Source of the DNA: Hydrolagus affinis
Lineage: Eukaryota
Assembly: GCA_012026655.1 (NCBI GenBank)
Contig: JAAILG010000038.1
Coordinates: forward strand, 62,001-126,000
DNA length: 64,000 nt
Reading direction: 5' to 3'
This document shows, one piece after another, positions 38,233-50,911 of the stretch. The position numbers and the translations under genes are program-made. Position 1 is the first letter of the stretch. Each line of letters opens with the position of its first letter. The notes under the pieces were generated by a model. That model was given only the letters and a program-made list of their open reading frames with translations. It searched no databases and had not been told where the DNA came from.

Positions 38233-40012
38233 TCACTCCTGAGGGAGATTAGTCTGGCTTTATCACCACAGTCAGCATCGGAAACTCACAACAAAATCAT
38301 GTTTCCAAATGTTATTCAGGGGAAAACATGTAAAACATTTTGAGGGCTTCCAAATGCCATTCAACATTCAAAGGTTCTGTCTGGCGGTCACCAGCTCTGC
38401 TCAACTGATCTATTTAAGGAACTTTATCTTGACTGCAATCAGGATGGGATTATTTGATTCATAATCTCTTCACAGTGCTTCACATCCAAATAACTTGATC
38501 TCAACTGTCCAATACTCCTCATCACAAATATCCATTTGTAACTCACACTTAATTTCCAGATATTTTAATGCACACATCATTAATGAATAATTAGCTGTGG
38601 AATTCCATGCTTCACCACTGAGGGACCTGGGAAGCACTTTGGGACATTTTGTTGATGTGATGAATATTTGTATTTGATGTAAAGAATCCAAGAGTTATTA
38701 TCAGAATCGTTGCATTGCATATAAATATGACCATGCAGCAAGAGTGCTACCAATTGAGCCAAACTGCCACAGAAGTTAAGAAAGATGTGATTGAAAGCTC
38801 GAAGCTCAAGTTCCAATGATGAAATGGAGAGAGTGAGGCTAGAGTAATGCACCAGAAGGTTTCACCATCATATCAAGTTGCCCTGATACTACTATGAAAA
38901 AACACCCAGCTTTATTTCCTTTGCTGCAGACCACGGAACAATTTTGCCTTCAGGGATATTTATTTTTCCACTAATGTCGATCTAGTCATGCAGTCGAATT
39001 ATTTGTCTTGTTATAGATAAATATTACGAAGAAATGAGACAAAGTTCAAAATTTGTGGATTTTTCAGTATAATCGGTCTGAATATTAATCCTTTATGCAA
39101 ATACTCCAGGATGACAGTTTTGCTTATTTAGTGAAACGGAGGAAAAGTATCCGCTAATCTTTTGTTCGTAGTTAGTTATATCAACATAGCCTAGTACAGT
39201 ACATCACAATATTAAGAGCGATATTTATACCACCCAAACACTGCACCTGCACGTACATTCACGCAAGCACACACGTACGAATATGAACGCATGTATACAC
39301 ACATGAACACACTTGGATGCCCAGGCTCACATGTGCGCAAATACGCGCACACATATACCAGAGCACACAAACACTGTCACTGCACTTTTCCTTTATCATT
39401 TACTTATTTTCCCTGTTATACAACTGAACAACCAAGGCTTCCAATATTGTTAGACTTGATATTGCTGGTGTAGTGGCCCACCTCAAGAAATTAAGATATG
39501 CAAAGAATATTTGTTACCTTAATCTCACTCACCATCCATGATGTGTGGATACTGAGGATCATATTATAATAAAGATGAGATACTTTATAAAAGTGGAATA
39601 TATTATAAGGGTGGGCTAATATATGTAATTTCACTTCATAAAGATATTCTTCTGTCAGTCAAAAGGACGCTGTTCTTTTTTTACCACAACAAGGTCGAAG
39701 TATAAATCATCATGGTTGGTTAAAAGCAAAAGTAAGCAGGTAAGTCATTGTTAAAGCAGATATTTGCTTTGGGGGTATTTAATTAATACATTTCCATTTG
39801 CGGGTGGCATAGTCTTTTCACACTAGGACTAAAGTTGAATCCAGCAAAAACTGAAGGGATAATAGCCATAACATGAGGGTTTTGAGTGGAATTAGTTGTT
39901 CCATTTTTAATGGGTTGAGGTGTACAGCTCAAAACTGCTTGCAATTTGCCATTCTCACTCAGAGGCAGCTGCAATAATAAAGTAATAATACTGATACTGT
40001 ACTTGATATGAC

Positions 40013-40370
40013 AAGATTCAATATAGCTCCTTTCATGTCAGGAGGATGCCTCAAAGTGCTTCACATGCTTACTGCTGCACAGTAAAGTCGACTGTGACTA
40101 TTTTGTGAGCAAGCACGGCAACCAATTTGTGCACAGCAATGTTCCACAAACAGCCATGTTTATTTGGGGATTGTTGGCCAGAGCACCAGGAGAAACTCCC
40201 TTCTCTTTTTAAATTGCCGTGGGATCTTTAACATCCACCTAAACAGGGTAATGGGGCTTTGGTTTAATGTCTCATTCGAAGGTCAGCACTTCCAATAACA
40301 TACAGCTCCAGCAATTCACTGGAGTATGAGCCTCGACTATATAAATTCAGAGTCCCAACATGGGGCTATA
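40013..40370 (-). mobile_element. Deu-domain SINE, near full-length
   Basis: Tail, Deu domain (GGATCTTTAACATCCACC...GGTTTAATGTCTCATTCGAAGG) and upstream part present. Confidence 0.8.
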
Positions 40371-41812
40371 ATCCATTTAAACTAATTGCTCCTATTTAGG
40401 TGGGCACCATTGATTTCTCCAAGCCTCCAGCCAACACTGCAACATTGCACTTTACAGTAACTATGTGTTTTGTGGCCGAACCAAATTGCACGGCACCTAC
40501 TTATTTCCTGCTTCACCAACTGTATTCACAGAGCAAAAAACAAACAGGACAACGAGAAGCACTCCGTGTCTCATTGATCCTGATTCTGTGTATCAAATCC
40601 GTCTTCTGCACTGATACACCAATGGAGCCGTGTTGCTCCCTTGACAGCTAGAAAGCCGGCACGTCAATTGAGCAAGGCGGCTAAATAGTTCAGGGAAGGG
40701 GTAGAAAAAAAAATTGGCAAAGAAAAGTACTTCACCTGTATTTACACTGGACTCATGTTGGTAACAACAGTGCAGTGACGGATGTTTTTTTAAATGCTGA
40801 CTTGCCGTTTATTGTGGAACTTATTGCAGTGTCTTCCCAGGCAGCTAATGCTTACTTACTTACTTAAAGTGCCTACTTAACTAAATAAACAGTTGTTATT
40901 GGATTTGTTATGTTAAGAGTATTACAATGTTTGTCTGTGAGCAATAAATCAGAGAGAGAGAAAAAAAACAGCTTTATCAGTTCACTCCAGTGTTGCATTT
41001 TACAGGGGCAGATTTTATTACATCCACATTCAGTTCAAACAAGTAGCGGTCTTCTGGAATATATATATGTATATATACATATATATTATAATATATATAC
41101 GTAATCAATATCCATTTCACGTTTTATGGGCCAGATTATTGTAAATGTAGTTGGCATTGTTCCTCCTTCATCACCTTTTTGAAGAGAAAATAAAGGTCAA
41201 ACCTCCAGTCGCCGGGTATTTAATCAATCACATTTAAGAAAATCATTACATCATCAAGCCTGCAAGGCATCAAGAGATGCATTTGAATTTACATAATACA
41301 CTCTGCAACTTAGTCAGAAATCCTTTAGGGTGCTTAGAACAAATGTGTACAAAGATATACCTAATCCAATCTCATTTCAGCCTTTGCTCTTTTAAGTCTG
41401 TAAAATTAATGAATCATGATACTATAAATTACTATGAGCTTTATGGACATCATTTTGTTACTTTTAACCTAATTTCTTCAAGATCGCCTATAGGCATATG
41501 TGCTAATGAACACAAAATAATATAAAAAGTTGAAAAGATGTTCTTCTTTTCAAGAGAATGTTGTAAAATCCTATTAGTGAGATCAAATACATGCATAGAC
41601 GTTCTTAAGAAATGGATAATTCAAATAAAGGAGCAACTGTAAGGCTAGCAAATCAATTGACAATGCATTAAATGTAATCATCATTGTACTCCAGGTCAGT
41701 ACATGGGATTAAACACATATTGGTTCGGAAAAATTCAAAAGCAAGTAAGCCACCATCATAATATAAGCACTAAGAGAAAACATTACTCTGAAAGGTTATC
41801 TTATTCCAGTCT

Positions 41813-42135
41813 TAATAATAATCCTTGCATTTGATATAGCTTCTTATCATGTCATTGAGACACGTCAAAGTGCTTCACAGAATATATTGTAAGGTTTGAC
41901 TGTGTATTTTGTGGACGAAATGCAGCAGGCAGTTGTGCTCAGCAGCGATCCACAAACAGTCATGGAGTTGAGTGACCAAATTATTACCATAATGTTTTTT
42001 CAAGAGATTATTACTTCCAGAAAAGGAAAGGCGTGTGGAATAAAGAAACTTGTCTAAGGTTTCGCCTTGCCCGGGTATCGAACCCAGGTCCTCTCGCTTG
42101 CCAGTAGAGTGCTCTAACTAATATTATACTGGACT
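41813..42135 (-). mobile_element. tRNA-SINE family A, near full-length
   Basis: Minus strand reads ...GTTAGAGCACTC...GGACCTGGGTTCGATACCCGGGC through to the (TTA)n tail. Confidence 0.88.
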
Positions 42136-43558
42136 CTACAGTTTTTGCTCACATGTTTGTTAAGTGACTACTCTGTTTTATACATGATAACTGGGGTTGG
42201 AGACTTAGGGGGAGGTTTAACACATTAACATGCATTACATGGGTTTGGAACATTTTTGCATCAATAAAGAAAGGAGTGTCTTTTCCTGAGCACTCATTTT
42301 CCTGAAATGCTTTTTGTCCACCCATCAGTGACTGAGCATTCAGCATCTATTCTCCAACCTATACTTTTAATTCCTGTCTAATAAGCCTACATCTTCAACC
42401 ATGCCAACGGTCACCTCCTCCTCTTCCCTTTCTCAGGCTCCAATATTGTCCCTGTGAAGCACTACAAGATGCTAGCCTGGATCCAAGATGTTTCCCCCAC
42501 AAAATACACAGTCAATCCACTTTCCAATATATTCTTTGAGATGCCTCAATTACATGGTAAGGCTCTATAAGCAAATGTTAGGATCATTATTATTTTACCA
42601 ATCTTACACACAGCACCGATATTTTTAAAAAGAGATTATTATTATTATGACAGGTGTCCTGACTTCATGTCTGTTTGTTCTGATTTTTCAATACCTTTAT
42701 CACTGCTTATATCCCTGGGGAAAACTGTATATCTAACCTCACAGTGTTAATTGAAAAAAAGCTTTCATTTTCCTATTACTTTCTGCTTAATGCTTGAGGG
42801 ACGAACGTGAACTTCAAGATTCTGTAAGCTTCATTTAATGTAAACATAAAACATAAATTCCTCGCGAAGGGTTACATTTTAGAAACATATATATTTTTAA
42901 AAGTTTAATTGTGAGGGAATCGATTCCCTATTCCAGCCCATCAGGTCAGCTGGGGTAATGGTTGTGATGGTGAGTGAAACTCGCTCATCATCTACTGATA
43001 AATGGAGGAATCAAACTGCAGGTTGGCAGCTACTAACATCTCAGGCCACACACACACACACACAGGCCCTGGTAACCTGGAGGGAGGGAGCGAGAGGCAG
43101 CAGCACAGCTTAATTTACAGATACTCTTCATTAAATATTTGATGTGGAAAAACAAACGTTAAATTATCAGTTGCATGCCAACAATGGCACGATAAGAGCC
43201 AAGAAGCACCTTTACTTTCTTTCCCAGAAATAATTTGGTACTTATTTGCATGTATGCGAGTGAGAGAGGTTAACAACTGCATAGAGATCAGCAGTTGCAC
43301 ATATCTGGCCAAAAGTTTATGTCATCCTGGAGGCAATTTATTCAAATCTATACATAGGTTTATGATGTAAAAGGATTAGACATGCAAACAAAACCAGAAG
43401 CAAACCCATCAACATGTCTCCAGGTTACAAGGGAGGCTGCAGAGTCTGGAAGCTACAGAATTTGATGCTGTCCAATTACCTCATTGCTTTTATAATTACA
43501 CTTCCAAAAAAACTGGTCTGCATTTATTGCAGTGCTGGGCGCTCGCTGCTGTGTGTCT

Positions 43559-43640
43559 ATGCAAATGCGTTTGTGGATAACAACTCCAGTCACCCACTGG
43601 CCAACGTTTCACGTGACGTCGGCACGTGCGCAGTTACATG
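43559..43640. promoter_or_regulatory. Candidate enhancer: tandem CACGTG E-boxes with overlapping CRE-like site and upstream octamer
   Basis: CACGTG at 43610-43615 and 43623-43628 (7-bp spacer), TGACGTC at 43614-43620, ATGCAAAT at 43559-43566, and six CpGs in 26 bp. Confidence 0.5.
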
Positions 43641-43849
43641 TTCTGCGGGCACTCACTGCACTGATCCCCGCTGGTTAGTCTGTCACCAAACCGTTAAAGA
43701 GTAGGAAATTTAGAGAGAGAGATAGTGTAATGTATGTATAATTTCAGAGAAAAATAAAACTACCTTGCACTGCAAACCAGCATGGCTCACTTAGGCTCAG
43801 ACACTTGGGAATAAAAGTGCCAAGGTAGGTTTGCATACACTGCCTTAAA

Positions 43850-44145
43850 ATACACAGCTAGTGCATTTTATAATAAATTCTCTGAAGCACTTGGAGATGC
43901 CCTTCCAATGTGAAAGGCAAAATCAAATGTAACTATCATTATTAGTACTGTATTACTAATAACCCTTGCATTTGATATAATGCTTTTCTAGATATCTCAA
44001 AGCACTTCACAGAACATACTGTAAAGTGAATTGACTGCAAATATGTGGGCGAAACGCAGCAGCCAATTGAACACAGCAGTGTTCCACAAACAGACGTGGA
44101 TTGAAATAACTGATTTATTAGTATTTTCTTTGAGGGATTATTGTT
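43850..44145. mobile_element. Tail-to-tail SINE pair (43850-43945 plus, 43955-44145 minus)
   Basis: Family A-type tails converge. Confidence 0.7.
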
Positions 44146-44651
44146 AGAAGTATATCGACTAGATAGGGTTATTTACTTATGAGCACAACTTAATAATCAC
44201 CTCACCCCAAAATTGGGTTAAACAACAGATGTTTGGGCATCATTCAGTCGAATCACAGTAAAGGAGTCTTCAGTAAATCCTTCAACATTGTGTAACAATT
44301 TGAATATACACTGGATGCTCTTCACAAAGAGATTCACAAGTAGCGACTCAGAGCAAATATCAGCGAATGCAACTTCTAAATGGCGATAGGTTATGGCAGA
44401 CTCCCCTGGGAAACATCCGCTTTGAAGCATTGGAAGTGGATTACAATGTTCCAATGCATTAGCCATGACAACAACAACAACAACAACTTCGATTTATATC
44501 GCGCCCTCCACGCTGGACGGCGTCTCAGAACGCTTTACAATGACACCCTGACAGTTACAGGCAATATTCCTTGTTGGCAAACAAGTTGTTATCAGTGGAT
44601 CTTGTTACAAGTCACTGCCTTTTGGAATCCATTGAATTCTAATGTGTTTCC

Positions 44652-44915
44652 ATTATTATTATTATTATAATCCTTGCATTTGATATAGTGCCTTATCATT
44701 TCATTGGGACATCTCAAAACATTTCACAGAATACACTGTAAAGTGAATTGACTATATTTTGTGGGCAAAACATAATAATAATCCTTTCATTTGGTAAAGG
44801 GCCTTTCATGTTGGGAGGTTGTCAGAACACTCTTCACAGGATTTATTGGAAGAGGAATGACTGTGTATTTGTAGGTGAACACAGCAGCACAATTGCACAC
44901 AGCAATGTACCACAG
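44652..44915 (-). mobile_element. Two tandem SINE 3' parts
   Basis: ATAATCCTT.CATTTG occurs twice; the junction is at about 44772. Confidence 0.75.
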
Positions 44916-46200
44916 GCATCACACAGATAGAGCGAGTGCAGTTTTTGTAGAGCAGCATGGATGTATTATGTAAAGAACAGCAGCCAGTCTGCATTAAAAA
45001 GGGAACACTTTGCACCTTTAATGGAAAATTACAGTAACAGAACCAAAATAGGTCACCATTATCTGCGGCAGATAATTGACAGGTTCGACACAAACAACTA
45101 CCACACAGTGATACTGCCAGCCTTCTAGACTCTCACAAGCTAAATGGGGGAATCAATTTAACAAATCAAGAGAACGAGGAGAAAAATAACACACACACAC
45201 ACACAAACACACAAAGAGTTCTGATGGTGAACTCAATTATTGGTTTAAAGAAAAAGGCATAGACTCTCTCTTGTACTGCAAGTCAATGCCTGGGTGCTGT
45301 AAATTTGGATAATGGAAAGCAATGAAAGATGCCTGTGTTCTTTACCCAGGTGATTCAGAAGCGCACAAATAAATTGAGACATGAGCAGTGCAGACACCAC
45401 GGGAGGAGTTGTCAATGTAGCAGTCTGGAATGTACACTGCTTTACACCCATCTCAGCGTGGGACCAGAAATATTGGATTTTATTTTCTGCCCCACGCACA
45501 TGAAAATTAGGAAGACAGAAAGCTGGAATGAGGCCCTTGCTTCATCCCGGTGACTCGCACGGAGTCAGTGGCACAAGCATTTTGGAACTGCCGCCTCTCT
45601 CCGGATGCTGCCATTCATTCCTGTGGGAAAAGGGACGCTTACATCTGACGACTGTTTCTGCTCAAATTAACAAGACATGAATTGTAACACAAACTAACGC
45701 CCTGCTAAGCGTTTGAACTTTTATGCTCACTGCTAATACAGCAGTCGCCTACGAGGCTATTCTTTCTTGCGAGAAACTGTTGGACGGGGGCGGGGGGTGG
45801 GGGGGAGGTGCGGGAGAGAAGGAGCTGCGGCGAGACAGAAGAGAGAGCTACAATGTGGCAGCATTCCCCTTTTCAGTCATGGGCCTAGAGCAGAGCTTTA
45901 CATTGGTTTATGTCAGCATGGGGCTGGCTTATGGTCTCATGCTGTGAGCTGCTGAAGGGATCACTTTTCTGGGATCACAAGGCAGTTTCTGCACTCACTG
46001 AAGATTCATTTACCCCAAAATGGATCTTAAATCAGGTACGAAATGATGAACTATAAGATTGTGATCAGTTTCACTACTGAGTACAATTATTTTTATTCCC
46101 TTAATCTGAGCGTAAATACCATTTAGGGGGAAATTCTCCCAACTTTGACCTAGAGTAGAGGCCGAATTTAGCTGTGGGATATCTAGAACCAGAACCACAT

Positions 46201-46505
46201 TTTTGGGTGTCAGCCAGATGTCTGATACATGCAAAAACCCCATCACCATGCCTAACAGTATCCAAACCAAATGGAGAATTCAATGCACACATGGAAATTC
46301 TAGAAAGAGATTGTTGTAATGGAAATCACACTCTCTCCCTGGATGGATGCATCCTGCTTTCCTAATTCCTGAAAATATTAGCTGCAGGTTGGCAAGAGCC
46401 AAGGCTTAGGGACCTCCGGGTGTGTGTCTGGTAACTGCTGGTAACTAGCTAAAACTGCATAGCTGGCCATTGATAGCACTGACTGACTGGAATAACTTTA
46501 CATCT
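46201..46505 (+). repeat. Unclassified repeat family D, copy 2
   Basis: AAACCCCATCACCATGCCTAACAGT...GGCAAGAGCCAAGGCTTAGGG. Confidence 0.85.
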
Positions 46506-46667
46506 TTCTTTTTCATTATCTTTCAATAGAGCACAGCTCTCCGAAAAAGTGAACCCAATGTGCCAAGGCAGTAAATAATAATAATATTAATAACAATAAC
46601 TAGTGCCTTGGGACGTCCGCTTGATGTGAAAGGCGCAATACAAATGTAATTTTGTTGTTGTTATTGT

Positions 46668-47122
46668 AATAATAATAATAATCCTTGCATTTGATATAGA
46701 GCTTTTCACATCTTATCGACGTCTCAAAATGCTTCACAGAATATACTGTAAAGTGAATTGACTGTATATTTGTGGGCGGAAATAATAATAATAATAATCC
46801 TTGCATTTGATATAGCGCTTTCCACATCTTATCAACGTCTCAAAGCGCTTCACAGAATATAATGTAAAGTGAATTGACTGTATATATTTGTGGGCGAATC
46901 GTGGTAGCCAATTGCGCACAGCGGTGTCCCACACACAGTCGTGGATTGAAATGCCCAATTTTATTATTGTGTTTTTTTGGAGCGATTATTATTAGGCGTG
47001 TGGAGTAAGGAAACTTGCCCAAGGTTTCGCCCTGACCTGCCTGGATTCGAACACAGGTCTCCCCAGCTTGGTTTCCCCAGCTTGCAAGACAAGTGCTCTA
47101 ACCACTGAGCCACAGGAGCTCC
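46668..47122 (-). mobile_element. Full-length family A tRNA-SINE (46782-47122) plus a tandem extra 3' module (46668-46781)
   Basis: Minus-strand 5' end GGAGCTCCTGTGGCTCAGTGGTTAGAGCAC (A box, tRNA-Thr/Ala-like), B box GTTCGAATCC, and two consecutive tails. Confidence 0.92.
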
Positions 47123-47129
47123 AATATCA

Positions 47130-47392
47130 AGGGGGTTTGGGCTCAGGGATGTGAAGGGCAACTTAAGGACAGACATCACAAAGTCATTCTCCATGCAGAG
47201 GATAATCAGAGGCTAGAAAGGGTTACTAGAAAGAGGTGGGGGGGGTTAGAGGCCAGGACACTAGACTCCTTTAAGAAACAAATGAATATTATTCCTTTAT
47301 GCAGTAATAGGAAGCCAGCGGTGCTGGTATTCTGGAAGGATGAGATCAAAGGACTGAAGGGCCTTCTTCATCTGTACATCTTTCTCAAGATC
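47130..47392 (+). mobile_element. CR1 LINE 3' end
   Basis: GGGCAACTTAAGGACAGACATCACAAAGTCATTCTCC...CTGGAAGGATGAGATC...GGCCTTCTTCATC. Confidence 0.75.
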
Positions 47393-50300
47393 TGTTTAAA
47401 TAGTTTTCTTATCATCCTACGATTAAAGTTTATTAGATTGCATCCACAATTACACATTATACAGTATAACCAGTTAGAATTTTCCCATTCAGCTATTGCC
47501 TGTAGACAATCTGTCAAGGAGTCTGAAATTGAGCAGCCTGAGAAGAGCAGTATAACATGGATTGTAACCTTTTCATTCAGCTGTTGCTAGTGCCTCGCAC
47601 CCTAGCATCATTGCGCTCAACAATCTGTCAACTTGCCCTCCTCTTGGATGAACACATTGATCAGCCTACAAGATAAATAGATACAGGATACATCTATCGG
47701 CGTAGGTAAAAGTCTAGAAGAGCAACTGATGAACTCCGAGTTCTCGATAATTAGTTTGATTTTGACAATTGGTTTCCTAATTAAACATTTTGAAGGTGAG
47801 ACACGTTACAGTAGATTTATTCCTTTTGCCCATATTTGACCCTGTTTCTCAGGGAAGGCAACACATAGTAATGCACTGTGTACCACTCAGTCGCAAAACT
47901 ATAACGTTGTGGACAATATTTATCACCTTTACACAACGATTCTTGTTAGTGGACTCACAACAGGAATGAGTCAACCACCTAATCATCTTTTACGTTAGTG
48001 TTTCTAAAAGCTCCTAGTCTAGCGTGGCACTCCAGTACTGGGGAAATGCTTCAATGTCTCAAATGTAATATTGTATTGGAATCATAGCATCCAACAGCCC
48101 AGAAGGAGGCCATTGGGCCCATCATGTCTGCTCTTTGAAACAGCTATCTAATTAGTCCCAAGACATAGGGAGAGGACAGAGTCAGGTTTGGCTGCAATAC
48201 TCTGCATGGACAATCCCATCAATGTCTTGCCATGAAGAATGGACACTGGGTAGAAGAAAGCACCTGTGGAACTGTTCACCAGGAAGGAGTTAATGCTTTC
48301 AGCTGAGGAGGGAAGGAGACAGAAGAAAACTGGAGCAGAAAAATTGATAAGGAAAACATTACAATATGTTGGACAAACAAGTCCATAAAAATGACACCTT
48401 GCTCTTGCACTTCTATTGAGTTCTGACAATATACAATACCGTAACCTATTTTACATATATATATATATATATATCTATCTCATAGTACTCAGAATATATT
48501 CTTTTATATGGCACCTTATCATATAATTAGGATGATGTGTCAAAGTGCTTCAGAGGATTTATTATTAATGCAGTGACTGTTTTGTTTGTATGCGAACACA
48601 CATCAATGTCTCACATCCAGCCATGAAGTCCAGTTTTGTTTGGTGGATTGTTGGCATAATGAATGAGATTGCGGATCTCAGCTGAAGCAAACAGTTAAGG
48701 CCCAATTATACAGGAATGACAATATACAATATCTTATTCAGTCAACGATAGCCAGTCAGTGACTAACAAATTGCAGCTGCTTTACATTTATAATGTTTGG
48801 ATCATTATAATTAGGGTACAAACCTGACATGAAGGAGGAACTAATTATTTTTAATTGTGAAATATCACACATGGATTATGTGGAATCACCTCTAACCTCG
48901 GAGACCAGAAATGTCATCAAATATTTACCATTTGTAACTCCTCCTTAATTGTTTCACATAATGGTTTGTACACCAGTTCCTCGCGACTGCAAGCCCACAG
49001 CCCATTATTTTACAAAACGGCAGCCATACAATCAGCCCTGATTCAGGAATTTACATCAAGAGATAAGCAATGATGGATCAGAGAACAGAATGCTGTCAAA
49101 CCTGCCGCACAAGAGCAGGGTTTTTCTGCAACTACTGTGTTCAGAAAGATGAAAATATAACCTGACAGGAACCGGGGATAATGGAAGAAGAAAATAAAGA
49201 CACTTTGCTATCTACAGCTTGCTTAAATATCTAACTGTAAGACCTGAATGGAGAGCGATATTTTCTTTTTTATAAACAATAAATAAGTTCAGCTGAGTCA
49301 ATATTGGTGCAAATGTCACATTGTCCCAAGAAGTGGCTCAAAGGGACAATTTACCTCTTATTCCATTCTTCAGTTGCCAGTCTCACGCAGGGAATTCACG
49401 AAGATGGTTAATGTGGGAGATGGCAAGGCAACGCTTATTTTTTAATTTTAAGAATCATGTGGCATGGAAACAGGCCATTCAACCAAACAAGTCAATGTCA
49501 GCTCTTAGATCGGAGTCAAGGTAGGACTCATCTCCTCATGTGCCCAAGCGATCTGGGATGCTACCTTGCGTGAGGGATGCTACAAAAATGAAAGTTCTTG
49601 TTGCCTATACCCAGGAGTGCTTGATATTGAGAATGCGTGACAAAAAGGGGACATGGGTTCTATTTCCTTAGCTCTGATCTCCTTCACCTTGATGAACCGA
49701 AAAAACATCCAAATGCTGTAATGGATTTCCCTTAAATAAAGAATTCTAACTACTCTTTGAATCATTTTGAAAGTGCTAATGCTGATATCACCCTCAACAC
49801 CAAACAGTTAAGTATTATACAGTTGCCATAAAAGCAATCAAGTGGCACACGGCTAGGAATGTTTTTATAGGAAACCTTATCCATGACTAAGACTGCCATT
49901 TACCTTTGCTGAATGGGACTACTAAACGATATGCAAATAAAATCAAAGAGGGTTTGCAAGATTATAAGGGGATTCTGTACACTCTAAGTCATGATTGTCA
50001 ATCACCAGCCAGCATTAAGGGATATAGATATAAGACTTAAAAGCAGCACTTCCCTCTAGCTTCCACATTGATAGGGTTTTGAATTTCTGCCCAGTGCAAA
50101 TGTACATCAAAACAAGACTGCCTCCAGCCTGCTGTCACAGGCAAGTGCAAGTGTAACAGCACAGCTTTTCAACAGAACCAACAACCAAGCATCTGACATA
50201 TTGCAGTCAAGAATAATAATAATAATTTGGTCACTCAATCCACGACTGTTTGGCTGTACACAATTGGCTGCTGTGTATCACCCACAAAATATACAATGCT

Positions 50301-50431
50301 TTACAGTAGATGCAGTCTTTTATAGTATATTCTGTGAATCGGTTTGAAGATGTGATAAGGTACTACATCAAATGCAAGGACTATTATTATATGCACCCTG
50401 GCAAAAGACTGTTAGTACAGCATTTCTTCAG

Positions 50432-50655
50432 AGAAATTTCACTTGGGTCTAGACATATTTTCCTAGCGTTTCAGAGTATGCAGAATTGCACAAATTGTTA
50501 AATTCTGCCCTAATTTAGAAGCCGTTTTACTGCGGTTTATGAAAGGATGAACAGAAAAACCGTTCTCAAATCAGGACCAAATTTAAGAATTTGCCCAATT
50601 CTGCAGTCTCTGAAATACAAAAAGAAATAATGAATTTAGACACAGGTGGAATTTC
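50432..50655. repeat. Palindromic fold-back element of about 225 bp, MITE-like
   Basis: TTTCAGAGTATGCAGAATTGCACAAATTGTTAAATT pairs with AATTTAAGAATTTGCCCAATTCTGCAGTCTCTGAAA; ends GAAATTTCAC/GTGGAATTTC. Confidence 0.8.
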
Positions 50656-50911
50656 CACCAATATAGTGTATAATATATATCATTTAGTCCTCGTGTATTC
50701 TGCACTGCTCGATTTTAATAGCTTCTAAAAGGGTCTTCCAATTACATTAGAGTTTTGAAGCGTCTTCCCAACATGAAGGCGCTAGACATGTGTAAATTGT
50801 ATTGCATTTAATTATTTATGTTGGGTGTAATACAAGTGGTTCCAGAAAGGTCACATCCTTGCGACTTGGAATGCATCCCTTTCAGTCTGCTTCTACAATA
50901 GGTAAAGAAAT

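Noticed and set aside
43760-43778. miR-17 family resemblance (CTACCTTGCACT)
   Set aside because: Only a partial match to the mature 3' end; the seed and a proper precursor hairpin are missing.
44218-44466. 82-aa minus-strand ORF and other short ORFs such as 51917-52150 and 13063-13467
   Set aside because: No recognisable domain, splice context or codon signal; several overlap repeats.
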